Assembly (NCBI RefSeq): GCF_964355755.1
Contig: NC_092676.1
Location: forward strand, 9,153,888-9,217,887
Direction of reading: 5' to 3'
DNA length: 64,000 nucleotides
Source of the DNA: Antedon mediterranea
Taxonomy: Eukaryota; Animalia; Echinodermata
Below, one piece after another: positions 1 through 11,460 of this stretch. The notes beneath the pieces were generated by a model. It made no database searches. It saw only the letters and a list, made by a program, of their open reading frames with translations, and was not told the origin of the DNA. Both the position numbers and the translations under genes were made by a program. The first letter of the stretch is position 1. Each line of letters starts with the position of its first letter.

Positions 1-419
1 TCCTCCCCTAACTTAAATTGCTACCCCCGGGAGCAAAAACACAAAATATCAAACATTACAAGTAGAGTCACCAGTCAAAGTGGAAAAAAAAAGGATTAAA
101 ATCGTTTCTGTTTAATTTATCTTGGTGAACAGGAAGTGTGATATAAACTCATTCTGCCTGGACACAATTTCAGTAATATTCACAATAACTTTTTCGTTAT
201 TAAGTTGATTGCTATAGTCTTGAATTTTTTGAAGAATTATTATAGATTTTTTTGCAACAAAATCTTTCCAGTAGTTCAAAAGTTATGATAAAATATCTAA
301 TTTTTCTGAGATATCCTTGTGGCTATTCTAATTATTACACATACCCCACTGCTCAAATGCATGTTGGCTATTCCAAACTTGCTGGCTAGTCTGAAGATAG
401 TACAGTTGGTAGGGATTCT

Positions 420-451
420 CATAGAGATATTTTCACTATAATATATCTATG
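420..451. mobile_element. 32-bp CATAG...CTATG mini-element / P-like excision footprint (also 24523-24554, 45985-46016)
   Basis: catagagata...tatctatg, flanked by the near-direct repeat ggattct/gcattct (7 bp, 1 mismatch). Confidence 0.55.
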
Positions 452-1875
452 GCATTCTCAATGTGTACACATAAGTAATTAAATAATTCCTTGCTGTTGG
501 AAGTTTATTTTTAATATCAATAAAGTAAATAACAAAATAAAGAATTAGCTATAATTATAACACATTTAAAATGAATGCCTTTTATAATTAGTTACCTAAA
601 GTAACTTTACTCCACTTTTTTTTACATATAATATAATAATTTATTTGGAAGCTACACTTTTGAAACAGTGGCACACTTCTTGAATGAAGGTGCATCCAGA
701 GTAAGTAAAATAAATAAATATTATTTAACAATAGGCCTATTAGTACAAGAGTCAACTTATTTGACAAAAGAACGCATTTCAATTAGTCAATTTACATGTT
801 GAAAAATAATCAAAATATTCATTAAGTACCTAAATATAATTAATAATTAATTTCACTTTAATGTGTTTTTATTATTCTGTGCCTGCTAATTTTTTAGATA
901 GACAATATAATGAACAAAGAACAGAATCCAATAAACATTAAAGGAAATGAACTAGGCCTACAGACCTATTGTTAATTGTAGACTCCTATGAAAAGAAATT
1001 TGAAGAACAAAAGGCATAATGGGTGGAAACCATTATACAGAATATAATAGATGATATCAGTAATGTGTAAATGTACTGGTGGTGTAAAGAAAGGGTAAAA
1101 CAAAAAGAGATATCTTTTGATTTGTTAAATCTAGGCCAGTAGGTAGGTAGGTCTGTTACCATGTTTGTTTAAAACAATCAGGACAGACGATGGACTCGGA
1201 CAGCCAGGCCCATAAATAAAATAGGGAGAGGCTTAGGCCATTCCTAGACCTAACCGCAAAATAATCAATTAAACTCTTAAAAATCAATCTAACCCCAATA
1301 AACTGAACTTAAATAATCTTTTCTATATCAGTAAAATTGTGCGTGAACTATAGTCAAAACCCGCTAAAAACTGGGGCCTGTCGCGTTGGGCCCAATGTGT
1401 TGGTAGCAGGCTACTTATCCATGTGTGTATTATCGTTGACATTTTCGTTGGAGATTTTCAGTGTAGTTTTGAAAAGAAATGATGTTAGTCTTATACTAAT
1501 ACTAAATTAATTAGATTATTTTACGGAAAATATATTTTTATTAAAATTATAATTTTAATCGCAGAAAATAGATTTTGGAGAGTATAATATAAATAAAAAG
1601 CCTGATTGATAACAAAATAATTGCATCACCTTTTATTTTAACCTTGTGAAATGCGATTGTGTTTTGAAACTATAGGGTGGGTGTTTTCCAATGTTATTTT
1701 TAGTGCGCATATTTTGCTCACCACCGGCATCTGTGCTTATTTTTGAAATACTTAATAATAGATAAAATACATTTTAATATATAATAATATAAAATATATA
1801 TTATATAATATAATTTTATTTATATGAATTTTATTGCGTATTTATTTTAAAATATGCAAATATGCCTCAATTATT

Positions 1876-3900
1876 AGTGACAAAGGACAAGGAAGCCCGG
1901 GTCAAAAACATATTCACACGTCGTCCACGATAAACACATTTTAAATTTAAAACAAAACATAGTAATTATTGTAATTTTGAATTGGTATAGGTCACATCTT
2001 TAAAATATAAGTTTCCTAATAATTATCTTCTAATGATCATGAATTATTATTAAAATAAAATATACATATGTCACATGTCGCCCTGCCAAACTAAACTTTA
2101 TGAAAGGAGCTTTGCGCTGCGTGTGTAAACTCTCCAGAGTCAGGAGAGTTAGCCTGCTAAACTTTACATTGGAAGAATAGGGATGGAGCTTTGCGTCCGC
2201 AAACTCTCTAGAGTCACGAGAGAGTTAGCCTGCTAAACTTTACATTGGGAGAATAGGAAATAGAGCTTTGCGTCCGTAAACTCTCCGGAGTCACGAGAGA
2301 GAGTTAGCCTGCTAAACTTTACCGGAAGGCGATTGTTTCGCCTGAACGGTTTTCTATTCAAAGCATACAGGCAAGCATTGCACTGGTAGGTGGGGGGAAG
2401 ACAACAGATAGAACAGCATTCGTGTTCTAAGATCTTGGCTCTTTAAGGAAATTAAATATACTTTTCTAACTTTCAAAATACGTTATATTTGATGGATTTT
2501 TACAAATCAAGGATAAATTTGTATGTTTTAAATACTTCTAAACACATTTATCTTGTTTAAAGTGATGAAATATGTTTCTGAAAAAAGTTAGGATATGCTG
2601 TAAAAACTTGTAGTAGGCCTACACATGTTATCAGGGATGGGTTCAACAGACTGTGAAAGTTCAGTAATAGTAGGTTCAACAATAGGTTCAATAATAGGTT
2701 CAATATTAGGTTCAATAATAGGTTCAATAATAGGAGTATCATTAGGTAAATCAATAATGGGACTTGGAAGAATCTCGGTATCTTCAAAACAAAGTTGAGA
2801 AACAGACACAGGCTCAGGGCAAGGTTGGAGGGATCATGGTGCGGAATCTAAACAAGATTGCGGGATGAGTAGAGGTTCAGAACAAGATTGCGGGATGAGT
2901 AGAGGTTCAGCACAAGCCACAGGAGAATCAAGGATAGTGACAGAAAGTTTAGGACTGGGTACAGATGATACTGGGGAGTCAACTACAGCTGGCTCTACAT
3001 CTGTTGCAACTTCACTTGCTTCTTTAACATTACACTCACAAAAACTGGCGTGACTACAGACTCGATGCTCTCGTCAAAGGACGCATTTACAGGACTACTA
3101 TCAGTGGAAACATTTCCAGCACTAATATGAGATATATAGCAGGAGTAGTTTCATGGACAAATTCTTGGGCATCTACATTCAGCGGAAAATGGGGTGAAAT
3201 GGAAGAAACTGTAAACGTTTCTACAGGGAGTGTGACTGAGAAGTCTAATGGGACTAGCATTGTAACCTCCTTCTCACTGGATTCACCACTGTCATCATGC
3301 TCGCTCTCAGTGACATGAACTTTTGCCTTAGACCGCGTAATAGGGCGGTTTATCTTCTGTTTAGTAGGTTTTGCTGGTGGATCTTCTTTGTTTAAATAGT
3401 CGATGGGCAGAAGTATGTTTCGATGTAGTGTTCGTAGGCCTACTCGACCACTATTTGATTCTGGCTTCACACGGAGTCCCACTGGTCAGCGAGTTTGTGT
3501 TTACCCTGTAGTCCCAGATTTCGAATCAACACTCGATCACCTGGATGAAGATCATTGACTCGTACTTTCAAATCATGTCGAACTTTGTTCTTGCGTGCTG
3601 ACTTCGCTGCCTCTTCAGATGCCATTTGATAGGCAAGCGATAGTTGGTTTCTCAGATCGTTGACGTACTTTATGGGGTCAGCGTTACCAAATCCATCTGG
3701 GCTAATTCCAAACCGTAAGTCAACAGGAAGTCTCGTCCGAACATCAGAAAATAAGGTGAGAAACCTGTACTGTCATGCTTCATACAGTTGTAAGCATGAA
3801 CCAAAGCACTGATATAGCGACTCCAGCTTTCCTTCTTCTCGCCTTCGAGTGTATACCTAACATATTCATTAAAGTTCGATTAAAGCGTTCAGGTTGTGCT
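1876..3900 (-). mobile_element. Ty3/Gypsy LTR retrotransposon 3' remnant (integrase C-terminal half, Pro-rich tail, 3' UTR repeats, possible short LTR 1876-2075)
   Basis: Minus strand reads AQPERFNRTLMNMLG...HAYNCMKHDSTGFSPYFLMFGR...PGDRVLIRN...RTLHRNILLP with frameshifts. A purine-rich tract is followed by TGTGACA at 2075, with a matching TGTCAC near 1877. Confidence 0.85.
2107..2322. repeat. ~78-bp tandem repeat x3 in the Gypsy 3' region
   Basis: gagctttgcg...aaactctc..gagtca..gagagttagcctgctaaactttac occurs three times. Confidence 0.85.
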
Positions 3901-4577
3901 AGATTAAACTCACTCACTCTCTTAACTATCTTTTAACTTCCCAGAGACGAGAAGTGTTTACACCTACTTGTTCATTCCTTGCAAGACATGCTTCCTGATG
4001 ATGTCATCATCATGTCAACCCAATCACCTGTGTCCTCTGCAAGTAAAAACGCACTTGATGAACTAGAAAAGGAAATAACTACAAAACTTAAAATTCTAAC
4101 CGCTCACAAATTTGATGACAAAGTGGAAGAAGTGAAAGATGATAAAGAAAAAAAAAACAAAATCTGTAGAAGAGTGGAGGAAAGAGTTTAGACAAGACAA
4201 GAATATTTCTTACAAAAAACGCTGCTTGCTTATTTTTATTGGTAAGGTCAAGTCTGGGGGGTCACTTCATCAAGCCTAGATACTTAGAGTATCCTATTAC
4301 AAACAAAAACTTCAATGGACTGTTTTGATAATAATTCAATGATTATCTGACAGTGAATTATAGTACCCATGTAATATCATGGGACTCATAAATACCAGAA
4401 ATGCTTTGGGATTTGTTATTAGACTCTTTTCCCAGCCGTTTTTTGGATTCAATACCTATAAATTATAGTCGAGTTTCCATTTTAACAAAAATGTCAAAGT
4501 GTAGTATTATACTGCTGCTTGATTTCATCTAATGAATGAGTTATCTCGTATGACGTAGCGGGCTAGAGCAGCAGCGT

Positions 4578-5297
4578 GAAAAAACTTAAAGAAGTGGAAT
4601 CTTAATAAAAGTGATTGTTGCGAAAAGTGTTGTATAGAAATAGAAAGTGAAAAACATATGTTGTACACCTGTAACAGCATTCAATCAGATTTGAGGAAGT
4701 TCCGTAAACTGATCGTTAAATGCATTCCGACTAATGAAACATTACGGTCAGGTTTCCCCGAATGGTAAGACATAATTATAGGAACTCAGAACACGCTTGT
4801 TAATGAACTCATCTCTTTATTTACATTTAGTATTTACAAATCTTGCATTATTTATAAAACAAGCAAACGGATTATCACTTGGAATTTATTTAAGATAGAA
4901 CTATTTAAAAAAATTTAATTAATAAAAGCAATATTATGTTCAAAATGTAAAACTATACAATTTTATAAAAGTATCCAAACAAAACATAATCTTATAATGC
5001 AATATACCATTTTATCATATTTATTTATATTATATCGAATCTCTTTTTAATACTGAATATCAATCTTTATATCGTTTTAGCTCTGTAATATAAATTTTCT
5101 CTGTATACATGTTTGTTTTATCTAGACTTCAACACAATTTCAAAATATTTTACATAATCTTCCTCTGTCTGTGTAATATCACTTAAATATTCATTGATAA
5201 ATAGATAGATAGACAGACATATATACTGTAACCTTCACCATATTGTTGTTTATCATTGCAATAAAAGTGGGTTGCCCCCACAAAAGAGAAAAAAAAT
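4578..5297 (+). mobile_element. Tx1/L1-like LINE 3' fragment (ORF2 C-terminal CCHC finger, 3' UTR, A-tail); also ~28681-29400 and ~50130-50850
   Basis: KNLKKWNLNKSDCCEKCCIEIESEKHMLYTC...W*DIIIGTQNTLVNELISLFTFSIYKS; AATAAA at ~5260 followed by an A-rich tail. Confidence 0.75.
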
Positions 5298-7580
5298 ATA
5301 TATTGCTGAAATTAAGCCTCAATAAATAATATTGTTGAGAAGAGGAACACATTTATACAGTATATAACTATATCCCATTTTCATGCATAAAGCAATAGTA
5401 TCTGCCTCTGAAGCACCACCATCAAGATATTATTTTTTTTAAATATATCCCATGTATAAGCAATATTATTATCTATCTGCCTCTGACGTCTCCAAGCACC
5501 ATGAACAAGCATTTTGGAACATTTTCATCCACGGTGACGCTTGTAATGTCTCCCGCCAATCTTGCGGCATCCATGGCCATTGCCACGTCAAAGTTGTACG
5601 CTCTGGATGAGGCATGATCGCCAGATGACGGCCATCTGCGGAGCAAATTGCCGCTACGCCATTGGGTGAGCCATTGGGGTTCAACGGGTATTCAGTTGTC
5701 ACTTCTCCTTTGTCATCGACAAAGCGCACTGGTGCAAGATTTTCAGACAGAACTGTGTCTTTTGTTTCTTTGTTAGAAAACTTCATGTGCCCTAGAGAGA
5801 AACAATTTGAGTTGAGTAAATTTAATAACATTTTTAGTTAAATTAAAATATAAGTTTGTACTAAGCATCCATCATTATCAAGAGGTATCAATATCTAACC
5901 TTCTCCATGCTGTGTCCAGACACCAAGCACAGAGCCTTCCATTCCTTTCAGCATTAAAGCAGGGCTTTCATTAATCTTTACAGCAACAAAACGAGACTCA
6001 AAACGCTCGGAAAGATTATGAGCAAGATGGACTCCTTGCTGAGCTGATGCTGCGTCTAAAAGACAATAACAAATAATTCATAATAAACAGTCTGTCAACA
6101 AATGGATATCAAAAAGTAGTTCATATTTTCTTTTTATTTGTCAAAGAGGCATTACCTGCTTTACACCGGTGTCCTACTACCACTAAACTACTTACTAAAT
6201 ATACCTCATGATACCTTACCTGTAGTAAGCTCCTTGGTGACATCTGGAGCAACCCAGCCTAGCAGGCCCATTAGTTGGCAGCCATTGCATACACCCAGTG
6301 AGAAAGTGTCTTTCCTTGCTCTAAATGCATCAAACTGAGCACGCACAGCTGGGTTGAACAAAATAGTTGCTGCCCAACCTAAAATGATTAATAAACATTA
6401 TTTAAATAAACTAGAATAAATATTTATTTAGGTTACTATCTGTCTAATACTAGTATAATACTTGGTTACTGCTCCAGCATGTATTTTTGCTATGCTACAA
6501 AAAGTGCAATCAGAAAAATATACCTTTTGCAGAACCACAAACGTCTGCAAAACTGAAGCCACCAACAAAAACTAGTCCACGGAATTGATCGAGGGTGACT
6601 TTCCCGCAAGCTAAATCTTGCATATTGACGTCCCATGTTTCAAAGCCAGCCATGTGTAGTGTTGAACTCATCTCTCGATCTCCATTACTGCCTTCCTCAC
6701 GGATCACAGCAACCTTTGGTTTCATTCCATCTATGGAAGGCCAATTATGATTATGTATATGGTAACTAATGAGCCAAATTTAACTCGTATTACTTTAACA
6801 AATTAAAATTCAGAACAAGATAATCAATATTCCAAAATTGGTTCTAACCTTTAGAGCATCCCTTTTTAACAGAATTCAAATTTGTTGCAACGGGGTCAAA
6901 GGTTAATTTAAATGGTGGTGCTGTTCTATTTGCTAAATTGCGTTGCTCCACTTCAACACACTCTGGATTTGCTTGTAGTTTTTCCAGTTGAAAACTAGTC
7001 TCTTCCCACACGTCTCTAAGAACAGTCATCTTTTCATTCAAGACTTCTTTCTCATTTACCGAGATGACAACCTATAATTTACATGTAAAATATTCAGATT
7101 CATTCTAAAAACCATCATAAATGATAAATGATCGTAAATAAATGTTCAAATATTGCTTCCATTTAAAAAAAAAAAAACTTACCATTGACCCTTGACCTGA
7201 TCCACTAGAGTGACCAATTAGAGAACTCACTAGCATTAGCTGTTACTTCTAACACCAGCCCTACTTCTTCAGCAAACAGAATATCAATTGCAGTTACTGA
7301 AAATAAATATATAAAGTCTTACAATGTATTATTGCTTACCACAGGTTCTGGAACCATATGAAAGATTAAAATGACACTTTACAGATCCATTCGAGGCATT
7401 TATAGAGATAGCATAATGCTTACCATCAGGTTCGGAAAGTTTGACGTCAATACCACAATTCCCAGAAAACGCCATTTCTAATAATGTTGTTACAATACCG
7501 CCATCACTAATATCATGACCAGCTGATATTTTTCTATCTACAAAAGGATACAAAAGACAAAGTTGAATTCATATCTCTAA

Positions 7581-7729
7581 AGCTCTGTCTACACTATCAA
7601 ACTTTATGTGATGTGATATGCCCATATATGGACATGATATCATATCACTACCATTTTTGGGCATTTCACTACCCTATTTAGGCGCATCACATTTTTTTGT
7701 CAAACTAGTTTCATAGTGTAGACAGCGCT
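7581..7729. mobile_element. Harbinger/PIF-like MITE in a PFAS intron (present in all units)
   Basis: TIR agctctgtctacactatcaaact / agtttcatagtgtagacagcgct, flanked by taa/tta. Confidence 0.7.
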
Positions 7730-9035
7730 TTATATTATAACTACAAGTAAATGAATTTATTGTAAACGTCTAATTAATAAGTCTATGAAAATGACTACCT
7801 TTGATAAGATTTTGCGTTGTGTTGAAAGCCCTTACAAACGTTTCCGGTTCATCGAGATCAGGCGAGGATTGTCCGAGTTGATTATAGCACTGAGCGAGGG
7901 CACTACCACCTAACCGGTTATGCCTTTTACCAAATGAAACCCAGAGCAAAGTCCCTGAAATAGAATATGTAAAGTCTTGTTTATAAATATATTATATTTT
8001 TTGTTTGTTTAGGTAGTTAATTTAATTGTACCTAACAAAATGTGCAATGTTATATTCACTTTACCTTTACTGTCTGGACATTTAAGGTCAGGGGTCACAG
8101 TTGCAGTAATATCTGGGCATGCCACATACACAGACACAACCAATGCACCTAAAAAATTGTAATTGATATTTCATTATTAGTAAGTAAATGGAGTAAAGAA
8201 GTGTATTAGTGTATTCAAGCTTAACTTATTAAAATAATTCACAAGATTGTACATCAGACACTATACTAGTTATTAACAAGCATGAAATGTCTAACCTGGA
8301 GCTTTGATCGTTTCAGAGCCTATCCTGGCAGCCATACTCAAAGAGTCCTTCCCACCATCCACAGCAACACCCAACTTGCCCATCACCTCGCACGCATCAT
8401 ACAATGCAGCACCCTCACCAGGAAGCTTCGCTGGCCACATCCAGTTACCGCTACATTTGACATCTTTAAGATCGGAGACCCTAGCAAACACAAGATTGGT
8501 AAGGGCTTCTCCTACAGACATCCTGGCACCACAGCCAGGATCGACTAACCCTTTAATAGGCTGCTCTCCAATGGCTGTAGCTGAGCCTACAGTTTCAAAG
8601 TGGGAGAGTGCGATAACAGCAACATCAGCGAGTGGTGTGTGCAGGGGGCCTACACATTGCTGCTGGGCTATCAGGCCCGTGACAGCACGATCAACCTAAC
8701 AGAAACAATATATCCTGGTTATACACTTTCCATATTCCTTCACACAAATAAATTATGCAATATTAAAGATAAACAGATCTTTACCTTATTAGTCAAAAAT
8801 CTTTTACTGGCTACTGAAGGTAGACGCAGAACACGGTCGAGTGCACATCGGACAGTCAACCCATCAGGTAGTGTTAACTGCTTAAGTTTTGGTTTACATC
8901 GATCATACTTGAAAACCTGAGAGAAAAAAAAATATAATTCTATATAATTTTACAGACAGAAAGAGACACTATTATTATAACACATAATTATTTTCAATGG
9001 TTATTTATGATGAAATCTGTGAGATTGAGAAAAAG

Positions 9036-9108
9036 TGACCTCAGCTGAGATTTGAACCTGGAATCTTCTGCTTGATATGCAGACATCCTACCATTACACC
9101 ACTGATGC
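9036..9108 (-). pseudogene. Degenerate tRNA / tRNA-derived SINE head in a PFAS intron
   Basis: Minus strand gcatcagtggtgtaatggtaggatg tctgc-atatcaa-gcaga agattccaggttcaaatc: A box, anticodon stem and B box present; acceptor and T stems mispaired. Confidence 0.6.
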
Positions 9109-11358
9109 ATTCATGGTATGGTTCAAACTTATTACCGACACTACTCTACTATCAAGTCTCCATCATACCTTTTGCGGCATCTTCCCAAGAACCCATTCAA
9201 GTTGGAGATCAACTGGATAAGTAAGTGCTGTTCTTTTTATGCTTGGAGGTTCTGCATCACCCTTACCAGCTTCCACTTTCTTTTCCACCTCAAGACGAAT
9301 CTGAAACAAAACAAAATATTTTTGTATTGCAAAACTCTTATGCACTCTATCTGTGCATGAAAAGGCATTCTTCAAAATTAGTAACACTGTAGTATTTAAA
9401 TGTGTTTTTTCATACTTATCCCACAGTAAGCACAAACTTGCCAATTACAGGATGGATAAAATATTTTATAGTTTATCGTGCTTATAAACTAAGTTTTATT
9501 TCAGGCTTAGGGAGTGAAGTTGAAAGAGTCGTGAGTTACAAACCTTGACCTTGGAATTGGAAGGCAAGCATGTTAAACCACCAAGCAACAGCTCCACTAA
9601 AAAAATTTAGAATAAAGTAGGTAAAAAAAATCATCCAAATATTACCTTCCCATCACCTGTAATGTCACCAACAAAAACAGCTGGACATTTCTCTCTGTCA
9701 CAAATATCTTGAAGTTTTTCTTGATCCTCAGATCGTATTAGTATGGCATTGGACTCCTGGTATTCTGCACCCCATAGTTCTAAGGTGTTGATGGTTGGAT
9801 CACCTAGTTGGAATTCCTTAGCTTTTATTAGAGCACCTGCAGGTTCACATATCTCCTTTAAAACATTACCTGTACACAAAAAAATGATTTAATTGGTCAG
9901 ATGTTAGCCATAGTTTGACATAAAAATAAGTACATTTGTCTGACAAAGTGTCCCCTTAATAGGGATGTCCCAAATGAGGGGTGCTACTGTACTTAGTAAA
10001 ATAATAAAAATAAGCACATTGCATGCAAACTCACCATTGCCTCCAGCTCCTTGATCATGTATACTACATATAGGGTTTGTATCAACCATCTCAATGCACG
10101 CCCTTATAACTCGGTTTAGTTTCTGTTCCATCTCCGCATCACCGCGCTGCACGGCTTCGAAGTCCAGTTTTTCTGTATTGTCACCTTGAACTTGAATGGA
10201 AGATGCAGCGCCCCCACCGACTCCGATGCGATAGATTGGTCCACCAAGTTTTACAATTTTCATTCCTGCATGGTAAACAATTATTCATCAGTCAATAATT
10301 AGTTTTCAATGGAGAAATAAAAACAAAATATTTTATCAGGTTACTATAATCTTATTTTATATGACAGACATATAATATCTATGTGGAGACAACAATAATA
10401 AGAAGTACAGTATTTTTTATGGTGTTGTATTTAGTTTGTTTAACAAACCTTTTTCTGCTTCGTCTTTAGTCGCATGCATACTCTCAAGCATCCCAATACC
10501 CCCGCTGAACATAATGGGCTTGACCCACTCTCTTCTGTCGCTCTCAGAAAGCATCATGCCAAATGAACGAGAGAAACCGGTTAGAACGGGTTCACCAAAC
10601 TTGTTGCCGTAGTCAGATGCACCGTTGCTGGCCTCTACAGCAACCGACAGAGCAGGCGCCATGTTGCTAGGATAAACCATATTTTTGTCCTCCCATGGAA
10701 GGTCATACCCTGTTTAAACAAATGTTCAATCAATGATAATAAATAATTAATTACACTGAATATATAACATTTATAAAAAGCAAAATTATGTAATTAAGCA
10801 AGCAATTATGCCTGTTCACTGCATGCGTTACTTAATATCTTTCATCCCATACTCTATTTATACATATAAGTGCCAGTAAATGAATATCTTTTAATTGTTG
10901 TTACTTTGCAAATCTTTGATAAGGTTTATCCTTTATATTTGTTATGTTTTATTTTCTGTTATATTTGTATTTATTTTGATTTTTGAGCGAGTAAAGTCTG
11001 ACATCAATTTTCATAAGGACTACAAAATCTAATTTTTAGATTTATATAATTTACCTGGAATGTTCAAATTTCCAAAACAGTAGCCTGCAGTGCCAGCCAC
11101 TACATGTGCCCCCTTCCCTGCAGCCTGAACATCACGTATCCTACCCCCAGTACCAGTTGTAGCCCCTGGGAAAGGTGCAACCCCAGTTGGAAAGTTATGG
11201 GTCTCTGCTGTGAAGATGATATGCCTGAGTGGTTCAGATTCCTCCATCACACTTGCTGACCCGGGATTGGCTGGTTTGAGAACTTTGACCTTATGGCCTT
11301 TGATTGCACTGAAAATCAAGTAAAGTCATCAAAGTGAGAAAAAACAGACAACATTTAA

Positions 11359-11460
11359 AGCTCCTACTGTCCCCAAATATGGTAGTGATATGACATCATC
11401 ATATCCATATATGGGCACATCACATTTTTTTACATAAAAGTTGATAGTGTAGACAGAGCT
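11359..11460. mobile_element. Second, internally deleted copy of the same MITE family in another PFAS intron
   Basis: Ends gatagtgtagacagagct and shares the internal ccatatatgg and tggtagtgat motifs in inverted orientation. Confidence 0.65.

Noticed and set aside
588-782. 64-aa hydrophobic ORF identical in all units
   Set aside because: AT-rich chance ORF with a non-ATG start; its identity across units only reflects recent duplication.
3979-4280. Plus-strand charged ORF (MQDMLPDD...) as a gene
   Set aside because: Frameshifted between units and wedged between TE remnants. It may be an inverted Gypsy pol fragment but I cannot assign it.
9036-9108. Functional tRNA gene
   Set aside because: The acceptor and T stems do not pair properly, so it is treated as a pseudogene or SINE head.
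8282-9360. Plus-strand ORFs of 80-131 aa overlapping PFAS exons
   Set aside because: Antisense shadows of PFAS coding exons with no independent evidence.
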